DNA from: Prorocentrum cordatum
Lineage: Eukaryota
Assembly: GCA_963575745.1 (NCBI GenBank)
Contig: CAUYUJ010000028.1
Location: 62,001-119,415, forward strand
Reading direction: 5' to 3'
DNA length: 57,415 bases
Below are positions 10,882 through 24,119 of this stretch, piece after piece. A model generated the notes under the pieces. That model ran no database searches and was not told where the DNA came from. It was given only the letters and a program-made list of their open reading frames with translations. Numbering within the stretch: position 1 is the stretch's first letter; each line of letters begins with the position of its first letter. A program made the translations under genes and the position numbers.

Positions 10882-11705
10882 CTCCCGTGGGGTGGGGTGC
10901 CATGGCGTGGTGGGGGGCGCGGTGGGGCGTATCCGTAGATTTCGGGCGAGAAACTGTCGTGTGGGGGGTCCGAAGAATTGAGCTCCCGTGGGGTGGGGTG
11001 CCGGGGCGTGGTGGGACGCTCCTGTGAAAGGTCCGAAGAACTGAGCTCCGCAGGGTGGGGTGCGAGGGCGTGGTGGGGGGCGCGGTGGGAGGTGTCGGTA
11101 GGTTTCGGGCGAGAAACTGTCGTGTGGGGGGACCGAAGAAGTGAGCTCCCGTGGGGTGGGGTGCCGCGGCGTGGTGGGGGGCGCGGTGGGGGGGCGTCGG
11201 TAGGTTTAGGGAGAGAAAATGTCGTGTGGGGGGTCCGAAGGACTGAGGTCCAGTGGGGTGAGGTGCTTAGGCGTGGTGGGGTGCGCGGTGGGGGGGGTCG
11301 GTAGGTTTCGGGCGAGAAACTGTCGTGTGGGGGGGGGTCCGAAGAACGGAGCTCCCGTGGGGTGGGGTGCCGGGGCGTGGTGGGGGGCGCGGTGGGGGGT
11401 ATCGGTAGGTTTCGGGAAAGAAATTGTCGTGTGAGGGGTCCGAAGAACTGAGCATTCGCGGGGTGGTGTGCCGGGGCGTGGTGGGGGGCGCGGCGGGGGG
11501 TATCGGTAGGTTTCGGGAGAGAAATTGTCGTGTGCGGGGTTCGAAGAACTGAGCTCCCGTGGGGCGGGGTGCCGGGGCGCGGTGGGGGGCGCGGTGGGGG
11601 GTGTCGGTAGGTTTCGGGCGAGAAATTGTCGTGTGGGGGGTCCGAAGAATTGAGCTCTGCCGGGGCGATGATGGGAGTATTTCGCAGTGGTGGGCGAGAA
11701 ATTGT
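10882..11705. repeat. G-rich tandem satellite, unit ~101 bp, about 8 copies
   Basis: Recurrent gagctcccgtggggtggggtgcc...tcggtaggtttcgggcgagaaactgtcgtgtggggggtccgaagaa. Confidence 0.9.
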
Positions 11706-11800
11706 GTTGGTCAATGTTAGTCACTTTCCCTCACACGCCTCTGGGTCGGCGGATTTCCCAGAGGGGGCCCACTGCTGGCGTCAAACCTAGCCATCCCTTC

Positions 11801-11830
11801 TCCGTGACGATCTTGGTTCAAGAGCTCAAG
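11801..11830 (+). other. Relict (degenerate) DinoSL plus partial second copy
   Basis: TCCGTGACGATCTTGGTTCAAG (17/22 to DinoSL) followed by AGCTCAAG, 70 nt before the ATG at 11901. Confidence 0.75.
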
Positions 11831-11900
11831 CGCCTGCTCACACCGGATTTGACGTGGCCGCCCGGACGCCCAGGTCAGTCTGACCCGAGGGAGTGCCACG

Positions 11901-13955
11901 ATGGCCGCTGGCGCTGTGGACGTGTTCGTGTACGCGCTGGCAACCTTCCTCGGGAACGTCGGCGTCGCCGTCACCGGCTTCGGCATGGCCATTGTGTATT
12001 TGTTCGTGTGGCAGGTGGCGAGGTTGTGCGGCTGGGAGGCGGACTTCAAGCACGCGGTGTTCATCCAGGCAATCGGCCTGTTCGCGGCTCAGCCGTTGTT
12101 GCTGCGCCAGGCCAACATTCGCAAGCACGGTTCCCGCAACCTCCTGAAGCTGTTCGTTCCGGTGACGGTCTTGTCCACGCCTTTGGGCCAGTGGTTGGGG
12201 ATCTACGTCGACGAGAAGGCAGTTCAGACGGCGGGGGGGATCCTCATCTGCCTTGTCGCCGCCTTCGAGGTGCTCCGCAACCGCAGGCTCATCCTCGAGG
12301 CCCTGCGCGGCACCCCGCGCTCGGGCCCGCTCAGGGAGGGCGCGGAGCGAGAGGGCCCCGACGGGGCTGCCGCCGGGGATGGCGAGGGCGAGCCGAGCAG
12401 GTCCACCGAGAGGGTGTTCTTCATGATCGGGTCGCAGCGGTCCGGATCGAACTGGCTGCGGACGATGATGGACGAGCGCGAGGACATCGCGGGCCCGCAC
12501 CCGCCACACATCTTTGACAACTTCCTGCCCATCCTCGACAAGTTCGGCGACCTGGGCCAAGCGACCAACAGGGAGGTCCTCGTCGACCATGTGTTGACTT
12601 TCGTCGAACGAAACCAGGTGCCATGGACCGACAGAAAGGGTCGCCTTCTCTCCTTCGACCGGGGTGAGGTGTTCCGCGCGGTGGAGCGGGAGGCGGATAC
12701 GGAGGCCTTGTCTGGGATGGAGATCCTCATGGTCATATTCAACGAGGTCTACGACACCCATGCGCGAGCCAATTTCAAGAGAACATGGTTGTGTAAGTCC
12801 ATGGGGATGTCGAGGTACCACGATACGCTGCTGAAGTTCTACGGGAAGGATCGCCTTCGTTACATCTACCTGGTTCGCGACCCGCGCGACGTCGCCATGT
12901 CGTTCATGAACACTCCTGTCGGCGATTGCCACTACCACGCGATTGCCACCAAGTGGGGGCGGCTCCAAGAGAGTGCTCTGAAGATCGCCGACGCCTGCCC
13001 CGACATGGTGCACGTGCTCCGCTACGAGGATTTGTTGCAGGACAAGCCTCTTGCAATGAAGAGTCTCTTCGCGTTCGTCGGCAAGGAGCAATTCGCGTCC
13101 ACGAGACAGATAAGCGTCTCGTCCGTGTTGGCGATGCGGGACCTGGAGGCCAAGTGTGAGGGCGCCAGGTCTGGAACCGAGTCGAACAAGGCGGCGGGGT
13201 TGTCGAAGCAATTTTGCAACCTGACTCTCGGCGACGACTTCGCGAAGGGCCAGTTTGCGAAGTGGCTCCACGGCACGCCGCCAATGCCCACGTGTGACGT
13301 GATCCTCGTCGAGAATGTGACGTGGGACACGATGCAGCGCTTCGGTTACATGCCGAGCATCGTGTCGGTGACGCAGGACCCCGCAGTCTACTCGAAGAGT
13401 GAGCTGGAGACGTTTGAGAAGTTGAACAGGGAGGGGATCGAGAAGATGAACGCCGACCTGGAGGAGGAAGACCCCGAGGACGCGCGCCGCCGGAGATGGC
13501 AGGCGGCGGTGCTCGCCTTTCCGCCGGAGCTCATCCAGAGGCAGGTGAAGCGGAGGAGGGCGAGCTCTGCGTGCCAGCTGGAGCAGGTGGCGGCCGATGG
13601 GCTCGCCATCGAGATCCCGGGGGGCCTGACCCTGCGCTGCGCGGCGCTGTCGCAGGCGGGGAGCCATCCCATCAAGAGGTTCCCGAACCAGGACGCGTTC
13701 ACCTTGGAGGAGGGCCGCGTCGGCGACGCGCAGCAGTGGCTCGCCATCTACGACGGGCACGGGCCGCTCGGCCGGGAGTGCGCCGCCTTCGCCCGCGACC
13801 ACCTCTGCGACGCCGTCGCCGACCGCCTGGGGCGCGGCGCGGCCGGCCCGCCGGGTGCCGGGGCCGAGCCGGCCGAGGACGTGGGCGCCGCTCTGAAGGC
13901 GGCGCACGTCGCCGTCGATGACATGCTGCGCGAGGACGCGTCCATCAACGACCAG
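11901..13955 (+). CDS. Exon 1 of TauE/SafE(N-half)-sulfotransferase-PP2C fusion protein
   Basis: TM region with VAVTGFGMAIV (TauE-like). PAPS-binding motifs IGSQRSGSNWL and LVRDPRDVAMS. PP2C motifs NQD and IYDGHG. Confidence 0.85.
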
Positions 13956-14230
13956 GATTTAGGCCTCCCAGATGGGGTCGAGGTAAATGGGGTTGGAGGA
14001 TCGCGCCGCATCGCTGGCGATGCGTCGGCGATGCATCGGCGATGCGGCTCGATGTGGGGCCCGGTTTTCCCCGCGCCGACCTCGCCGAAGCATCGCTGCC
14101 GTCGCCGATGCATCGCCGCTGCATCGCCGATGCATCGCCGATGCGTCGCCGCTGCATCGGCGATGCATTGGCGATGCGGCGCGATCCTTCGACCCCATCT
14201 ACTCGGACCCCACGTAGGAGGCCTCCACAG
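13956..14230 (+). mobile_element. 275-nt GA-AG intron consisting of a TIR (MITE-like) element
   Basis: Removing it joins ..INDQ|ESGTTA.. in frame. Long imperfect inverted repeats 13961-14224; CAGGA repeated at both junctions; homologous copy at 43334-43575. Confidence 0.85.
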
Positions 14231-15298
14231 GAGTCCGGGACCACGGCGATCTCCATGTACATCAGCGGAGACCGCTGCTACATCAGCAACGTCGGCGACA
14301 GCTGCTGTTTCCGTGGCCACGTGGGCCCGGGCGGCGAGCTCGCCGCGGAGCCGCTCTCGGAGGCCCAGGCCGCCAGCCGACCCGACGAGGCAGACAGGAT
14401 CAGGAGCTGCGGCGGGGTGATCGCCGCTGCAAGCCAGGTGGACGGCTCCGGGCCCATGGACCCAGGCATCGAGCTCACCGCCGAGCCCATGGATGACTGG
14501 GCTGGAGATGGCCCACCACCGCGCGTGTGGGCGCCAGGGTGTCCGCAGCCAGGCTGTGCGTTCACGCGCTCCATCGGCGACCGTGCCGCCAAGCTCCTGG
14601 GCGTCGTTGCCGAGCCCGAGCTGAGGAGTCATACGATCACGAGGGCTGACAGGGTCTTCGTCCTCTGCAGCGACGGGATTTCGCAGTACATGACGGCGCG
14701 CGAATGTTGCAGCGTGGCCCTGCAGCACGACGACCCAGTTGCCGCGTGCGCGTCATTGGTGGCGGAGGCCCGCAGGCGGTGGCTGAGCCACGGGGGCCGC
14801 GTTGACGACATCACAGCACTTGTCTGCCTCGTCAGCCCAGATAGCAAAGGCGAAAAGCAGGACGCCCGTGCAGAGAATGCGATATCGCAGCAGGCGGAGC
14901 AGATAAGCTCGCGTTTGGCTGCTTGGGCGATCTCCATGGGGTTCGCGAGCGGATTTCTAGGTGGCCTCTGCGGTATCCGTGGGCCCCCCATAATCATTTT
15001 CTTCCTTCACATGGTGCTCCCGAAGGCCATCCAGAAGGCTAACGGAGCTGCGATTACCGTGGTCAACGTGTCGATGCGCATGTTGGGATACGCAGTGGAT
15101 GTTGCGACAGGCAATGGCACGGCCGTGGTGGAAGATTGGCCGCTCTACGCTTCCGTGGTGCTGATTTCGCCGGTGGGTGTCGCCATTGGTGGGCGACTCT
15201 TCGATCGCACGAAAGACTCCCAGGCGAATATCAAAACCATACTTGCGATGCTGCTGGTGTTGTGCGGCATCAGTCTGCTCATCACTGCCTTTGAATGA
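14231..15298 (+). CDS. Exon 2: PP2C C-terminal part + TauE/SafE C-half
   Basis: SGTTA, NVGDS, AFTRSIGD, LCSDGI and DDIT, then TM region GFASGFLGGLCGIRGPP (TauE repeat motif); stop at 15296-15298. Confidence 0.85.
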   Translation, partial: ESGTTAISMYISGDRCYISNVGDSCCFRGHVGPGGELAAEPLSEAQAASRPDEADRIRSCGGVIAAASQVDGSGPMDPGIELTAEPMDDWAGDGPPPRVWAPGCPQPGCAFTRSIGDRAAKLLGVVAEPELRSHTITRADRVFVLCSDGISQYMTARECCSVALQHDDPVAACASLVAEARRRWLSHGGRVDDITALVCLVSPDSKGEKQDARAENAISQQAEQISSRLAAWAISMGFASGFLGGLCGIRGPPIIIFFLHMVLPKAIQKANGAAITVVNVSMRMLGYAVDVATGNGTAVVEDWPLYASVVLISPVGVAIGGRLFDRTKDSQANIKTILAMLLVLCGISLLITAFE

Positions 15299-16899
15299 GC
15301 TGACGAGGCTCCCCAGCCACACCAGGCTCAAATTACTATTGCATGTCATTCTCGGTTCACACCGTTTCTTTTTTCATCTCGGCAGCTTGCCGTGCGCCCT
15401 CGTGCCATGGGCGTCCTTTCGCTCGGCTCGCCGTATTTGGTGTCTGCTGTCTTGGGCCCAGCCCCGTTTTTCGGCGCTGCGCATCGCCGTTTTTCGCCGC
15501 TGCAGCGGTGCAGCATTTTCTGCATCAGCGTTCCCCATTATAAAGCTGCAGCGGTACACGGGGACGCCTCGCCGCGGTGCATCAGTTGCCCCACATATTG
15601 GAACAGCTGCATCGGTGCACGGACGCCGTCTATTATTCTATTACAGGTTACAGCATGTCAGTTATACATGCTCAAGTTTGCCTCGCAATTGGCGCATCGA
15701 TGTCGGAACATGCCCTTCCCTCTTCCTTGGAGGTCAAAAGAACGAGCTGGGATCTGGAAGAGGTAAAACGTGAAGGAGAAGAAGACGATGATTGCGCAGA
15801 CCAGCGCATATACGAAGCGTCTGGCATGTCCCCCTGTCAAGTAGCTCTGGAGGACTCGATCCACCACGCTATAGAGCACAATCGCGGCGTGGCACATCGC
15901 AGTTCAGCACGGCGCAGCACAGCACAGCCCTTCGGCACGGTACATCAAGATCGGTACATTCAGCATTGCAATTGCCCGTCGCCCAATCAGTTGTTTTGAA
16001 AACGTTGCCATGCCTCACATGCCCATACTCCTTTCCGGGTTCGTGGGTCGACAATGCTGGGCCTCCTGGGAGTCCCTCGTCGCCACCGTTGGATTCGCCT
16101 CGAAGTCCTGGTCGGAACGCGCCCCACGGAGAGGTCCGGGGAGCATCGGTATCGGCGCCTCTTGGTTTCCACGGCCACAGGCCGGAGTGGACCCAGCCCC
16201 GGTGTTCGGCGCTGCGTGTCGCCGTTTTCTGTCGCTGCAGTGGGGGGAGGGCTCCATTGTGCGGGCTGTGCCAGCTCAACTGCTCGCTGCCGCCTCCGCT
16301 GGTTCTCCCTGGTTGGCTGGCGGTGCCATCTGCAGGGAGCGGGGGGAGGGACACAGCCCCGGCTGGTGAGGCGAGTATCGGGGGGGGGGGAGGATGGGAT
16401 AACGAGGATCAGAAGGGAAAGAAACACACAGACACAATTCAACGTCGATTCCCCAGAAAATATGGGAAGTTGGGGTGAAGACAAAACCCCCCAAATATGG
16501 GGGAAACAAATTGGGATTTTTTTTATTTGTGTGTATCCATTTGTGTATCCTGGGGCTCCTTCAGAGTAGAGCGACAGCACAGTGCGAGAAGGGAGGGGAA
16601 GGGAGGGCGGTCGCTCACCTCCCTCCAGGTTCCTCTTCATAGGCGCCATACGAGGATGCATTCTGACTGATGGAAGTGCCCCGTGGGAAACCAGCCGTTG
16701 GAAAATTTGGAACTGTGAGAGAACATCCTTCCTGGGACTTCAACGCCGCGAATCACTGTTACTGTTGTGTCTTGATGGTCCCGTGCCAGAGAACCACTCC
16801 TAGGACTGCAACACCGCGAATCAACGTGACTGTTGCGCCCTGACGTTCCGACATCGTGCCAAAACACGATTTCTGGGACGTTAATCATGAGAATCGTTG

Positions 16900-17240
16900 A
16901 TTTGTTGCAAACTCTTCAGGCGAATGTGCGCGGCGCTATGGCGAACGCCACATTCTGAAAAGGAGCCGCCCTTCACCGTGAAGCTCATGCAAAGTTTAAA
17001 ACGAATGTGCGTCGCGCTAATACGAGAGCCACATTTCGAAAGGGGCCTCCACCCGTAAAATATTTGCAATCTTCAAGAAAAGTGTGCGCGGTGCTGCGGC
17101 GAGAGCAACATTTTGAAAGCGGCCCGCCCTCCACCTGTGAAACTCTTTCAATTTTTCAGAGTGTGCGCGGCGCTAAGTAAGGTGAGAATCACATTTCGAG
17201 AGCGGGCCTCCCTCCATCCGTGAAGCCTTTGCAGTTTTTC
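16900..17240. repeat. Diverged ~80-bp tandem repeat (4 copies; another at ~18985-19070)
   Basis: Recurrent tgtgcgcggcgct..cacatt...gcc..ccaccgtgaa. Confidence 0.65.
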
Positions 17241-17399
17241 CCTACCTAGGCTCTGCCTAGAAGGGTTCTCACTCGCTTGGCTGAAAGGGGCCGGGCAGTG
17301 CAAACCGCCCCGGGCGGTTCCCCCAGTCCCCTGGGAGCCAAGCAAAAGCAACAGCAAAGGTAAAAGCAAACGCGCGGTTCCCCCAGTTGCGCTCCCGGG

Positions 17400-18880
<1,481 letters not shown>

Positions 18881-19193
18881 CTACGACGATGAGGAGAAGG
18901 AGGAGGACGGCGTTTACCGCTCCTACTGATGTTGCTTTCCTAGAGGCTCCAACTCCTAGGTAGGGTCGCACTGGGATACTTCATTGCGAATTTGCGCGGC
19001 GCTGAGGCGAGGGTCACATTGTGACAGCGGCCCGCGTTTCAACAGTGAAACTGTTGCAAACTTCAAGCTTCAGAACCATACATGGTGAGGAAGTCAGAGG
19101 CATCACGGCCTCTCCGCCCAATCGGCGCCTCTTGGATTGCGATATGGAGGCGTTTATAAGGAGGGAGGTAGGATGAGGAATTGGAGATGGATA

Positions 19194-19274
<81 letters not shown>

Positions 19275-19834
19275 GTGGCGATGATGATGGTGATGCTGAT
19301 GATGTTGGTGATGATGCTGCTGCTGATGGTGATGCTGATGATGATGGTGATGCTGATGCTGCTGATGATGATGCTGATTCTGATGCTGACGATAATGTTG
19401 CTGCTGATTCTGATGATGTTGATGATGCCGCTGCTGCTGATGCTGTTGTTGATGATGACGATGATGATGCTGATGGTGATGATGACGATGATGACGATGC
19501 TGATGCTGATGATGCTGCTGCTGATGATGATGAAGAGGAGGGGGAGGAAGGCGATGGAGGAGGAGGAGGAGGACAAGGAAGAGGAGGAGGAACAGCATGT
19601 GGAATAGGAGGAGGAGGAGAATGAGAAGAAGGAGGAGGAGGAATAGGGGGAAGAGGAGGAGGAGGAGGATTCAGTGTAGGAGAAGGATGATGATGATGCT
19701 GATGATGATGCTGATGCTGATGCTGATGCTGATGCTGATGCTGATGCTGATGCTGATGCTGCTGATGATGACGACGACGATGATGATTATGATGATGATG
19801 ACGATGGTGATGGTGATGGTGATGATGATGATGC

Positions 19835-19897
<63 letters not shown>

Positions 19898-19912
19898 CGA
19901 TGACGATGACGG

Positions 19913-19953
<41 letters not shown>

Positions 19954-19954
19954 C

Positions 19955-19995
<41 letters not shown>

Positions 19996-20003
19996 ATGAT
20001 GAT

Positions 20004-20053
<50 letters not shown>

Positions 20054-20377
20054 GGAGGAGGAGGAGGGGAGGAGGAGGAGGAGGAGGAGGAGGAGGAAGA
20101 GGAGGAGGAGGAGGAGGAGGGCGATGGAGGAGGAGGGAGGAGGAGGAGGAGGAGGAGGGAGGAGGAGGAGGAGGAGGAGGAGGAGGAGGAACAGCATGTG
20201 GAGGAGTAGGAGAGGAGGAGGAGGAGGAGGAGGAGGAGGAGGAGGAGGAGGAGGAGGGAGGAGGAGCAGGAGCAGGAGCAGGAGCAGGAGAGCAGGAGAG
20301 CAGGAGAGCAGGAGAGCAGGAGAGCAGGAGGAGGAAGAGAAGGGGAGAAGGACTTTTCGCCGCGTCAGCCATCGGAG

Positions 20378-20448
20378 GACAGACTGAAGGCGCTCATCAA
20401 CAAGGCGCCAATCATGCTGTTCATGAAGGGCAATCCGGAGGTCCCCAG
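20378..20448 (+). CDS. Monothiol glutaredoxin exon [24 protein letters not shown](R)
   Basis: Strong Grx motif; AG|GT donor; 5' boundary uncertain by a few codons. Confidence 0.9.
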
Positions 20449-20630
20449 GTGCGGCTGGCGAGGCGGAGGTTAGATCGGAGGAGAGGCCAGTGAGGAAAGG
20501 GTGTGGGGAGGCCGGCAAGTCGTTACGACACGAAGCTGCCGTTCTTTGGAGGATGAGGAGGATCAGGAGGAGGATGAGGAGGAGAAGGAGGAGGAGGAAT
20601 AGGTGGAGGAGGAGGAATCAGTGTAGGAGA

Positions 20631-20728
<98 letters not shown>

Positions 20729-20736
20729 GGTGGTGG

Positions 20737-20804
<68 letters not shown>

Positions 20805-21052
20805 AGAATGGAGGAGGAGGAGGAGGAGGAGGAGGAGGAGGAGGAGGAGGAGGTTGGTAGCAACCGATGCCATCAGCGCACATCGCACAGGAGGAGGAGG
20901 ACGAGGAGGGGGAGATGGCACGGGCAGGATCGTCGAGGGCCCCCCCTCCTCGCGGAGCGAGCGGGGGGGGAGGCGGGCCCGGTGCCCCCGACAGCCTGGA
21001 CCTCGCCGCCCCCGCGGCTGGCCCATGGGAACTGGAAGCAGGGCCGCGCCCG

Positions 21053-21099
<47 letters not shown>

Positions 21100-21129
21100 A
21101 ACCGCCGCCGCCGCCGCTGCCGCCAACGC

Positions 21130-21187
<58 letters not shown>

Positions 21188-21224
21188 GTCGTCGTCGTGG
21201 TGGTGGTGGTCGTCGTCGTTACTG

Positions 21225-21260
<36 letters not shown>

Positions 21261-21405
21261 TTGTCGTCGTCGCCGTCGCCGCTGCCGTCGTCCTCGTCGT
21301 CGTCGTCGTCGTCGTCGTCGTCAACGTTGCCGTCGCCGTCGCCGTCGCCGTCGCCGACGCCGCCGTCGTCGCCGCCGTCGCACCCATCGTGCGTTTCCCC
21401 GAGAG

Positions 21406-21487
21406 GTGCGGTTTCTCGAGGAAGATGTGCGAGCTGCTCGTGGAACAGTCGGTCAAGTTCGACACCTTCGACATCTTGTCGGACGAG
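21406..21487 (+). CDS. Monothiol glutaredoxin exon C: CGFSRKMCELLVEQSVKFDTFDILSDE
   Basis: CGFS active site and FDIL.DE motif; phase matches exon B; AG|GA donor. Confidence 0.92.
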
Positions 21488-21952
21488 GACATGGCGGTTG
21501 CGCGCGGGCGCGAGTGGAGGGCGCTGCCCCTCGCCGCCTGTCCTTCTCATTCCTGATCCTTCCACCGCCCTTCCTCCACTTCGCGTCTCCTTCTCCCCCC
21601 GCTCCTCATCCACCTCGCAGCCTTGTGCCGTGCCAGCAAAGCAACCCCTCCTACTCCCCGTCCTAGGCCCCTCGCCCCCGCTCGTCGTCGTTGCCGCCGT
21701 CGTCGTCGTCTCCGTCCTTCTCAATCCTCCTCCTTGCTCCTCTCTCCTCTTTGTCCTGTTCCCTCCCCTTTCTCCTTCCTCCTGCTTTCCAGTTCTACTC
21801 TCTACTCTATCCTCCCGCTGCTCCACATCCCGCCTTCTCTTCCTGATGCCATCCTCCTCACCCTGCTTCGCCAGCATCGAATGTGGCCCGCTGGCTACCT
21901 CGCCGCCCGTTGAGTATCACGTCGTCCTTGGCATTGTACAGTCCCCGGCCAG

Positions 21953-21993
21953 GATGTGAGGCAGGAGCTGAAGATTTACTCAAATTGGAACAC
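21953..21993 (+). CDS. Monothiol glutaredoxin exon D: DVRQELKIYSNWN(T)
   Basis: Matches 'VRQGLK.YSNWPT'; CAG|G acceptor, GT donor. Confidence 0.9.
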
Positions 21994-22558
21994 GTGCCCC
22001 AGGCTGGCGAGGTCGAGGATACGGAGGACAAGGATGAGGATTAGTAGAGGAGGATCGCGAAGATGTCGAGGATTGCGAGGACATGGAGGAGGAGGGACGG
22101 AGGGGGCGTAGGAGGAGGAGGAGGAGGAGGAGGAGGAGGAGAAGGCGGAGGGAGAGGAGGAGACGGAGGATGATGAGGATAAGGGGTATGGTGACGAGGA
22201 AAAGGGCGATGATGGCGAACATAAGGAGGTTAGGACGTCGACCACGACGATGATGACGATGACGATGACATTGCCGACGATGATGACAATGATTCTGATG
22301 ATGACGATGTTGTTAGTGCTTTCGATAATGACTTCAACGCTGACGGTGATGGTGGTGATGATGGGCATGGTGACGATGCGGTGGCGACGGGTGATGGCAG
22401 TGGTGATGGAGATGCTGTTGCGAATGACAGCGATGCCCGCGATGGTGACGCCGATAACGATGCTGATACTGATGATGATGCTGATGAGGATACTGATGCT
22501 TATGATGATGCTGTTGATGCTGATGCTGCTGCTGCTGCTGCTGCTGATGATGAAGATG

Positions 22559-22617
<59 letters not shown>

Positions 22618-24119
22618 AATGATAATGATGATGGTAGTGATGATGACGATGATGATATTGCTGCTGATGCTGCTGCTGTCATGCTGCTGCTGATGATGAT
22701 GCTGCTGATGCTGTTGATGCTGAGAATACAGGTGATGATGCTGATGATGTTGCTGATGACGATGATGATGCTGATGCCGATGCAGATGATGATGCTGCTG
22801 ATGATGATGATGATGCTGATGCTGATGAATGGTGCCTATGGCGATGATGCTGATGATGCTGATGCTGCTGAGGATGACGATGCTGATGCTGATGCTGATG
22901 CTGATGCTGATGCTGATGATGCTGATGATGCTGATGCTGATGCTTCTCATGACGTTGTTGATACGGATATTGTTGCTGCTGTTACTGATGATTCTGGTGC
23001 TGATTATGCTGATAATGCTGATGCTGATGAGGTCGATGTTTCCGATGCAAATTCTGATGCTGATGATGCTGCTGATGCTGATGACGATGGTGGTGATGTT
23101 GACGATGTTGATCATGCTGCTGAGGATGATGCTGATGATGCTGATGATGATGCTGCTGATGCTGATGTTGCGGATGCTGATGATGCTGATGATTATGCTG
23201 TTGATGCTGATGCTTGTGATGACGCTGATGCTGATGCTGGTGATGAGGATCTGGATGATGATGCTAATTCTGATGCTGCTGATGATGACGCTCATGCTGC
23301 TCATGTTGCTGCTGCTAACGATGATGCTGATGATGACGATGATGATGCTGATGCTGATGCTGTCGATGATGATGATGTTGCTGATGATGAGGTTGATGAT
23401 GGTGATGGTGCTGTTGTCGATGATGCTGCTGATGATGATCAATAATAATAATCCGATGACGATTCGGATAGTGATGCTGCTAAGGATGTTGACAGTGGTA
23501 CTGACGGTTGTGGTGGTGATGATGGCAAGGCTGAACATGATGTGGACCACGAGGGAGCAGCATGAGGGGAGACGAGACCGATGCGCAGATCATATGGACG
23601 AGGAGGACGATGTATGCGGAAGGCCAGTAGCAATAGTAACACCAGTCGTATCTTTGCTGGCTGCTACAACTATGTTGCCTAAGCCTGGTCACACACAGTC
23701 TTCAGTCGCGGGAGGGCGGGTACATTCTGAGATACCCACTTTGAGGTACCACACGCCCCCCTTCTCAGTCCAGGGCTCCCAAAGAATACGTCCCCTCCCT
23801 GCACCACGGAGCGGCACGCCTCACCGTGGGAAAGCTTTAGATGGTAACAGTGCTTGCGTCGGCGCTGGTGTGGGCGGCGATACCCCTCCGTGGGATTGGC
23901 GGGGGCGGTGGTGCAGGGCTGCACCAGTTCGCATCCCCGCTCGACCGAATCGGGCACCGCACCGAACGAAACACCCAGCATGGTCCGAGCGATTAATATA
24001 CTGGGCGATTGCTTGCCCTCGCGGGGCCAGCGAGATAGACCGTTCCCCGCCCCCCCGCTCCGAGACGAGGCGGAGGGGGGAAGGAGTAGGGAGGGAGGAG
24101 GGAGGAATGAGGACGGAGG

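Larger units (their letters stand above)
19190..23530. repeat. (GAT)n/(GGA)n/(GTC)n intronic tracts surrounding the glutaredoxin exons
   Basis: Directly visible. Confidence 0.9.

Noticed and set aside
11838..13907. 689-aa antisense ORF
   Set aside because: Shadow of the GC3-rich sense CDS; no motifs.
13956..14420. C-terminus of the 839-aa ORF (HRRC repeats)
   Set aside because: Read-through into the MITE intron; the PP2C motifs continue in another frame.
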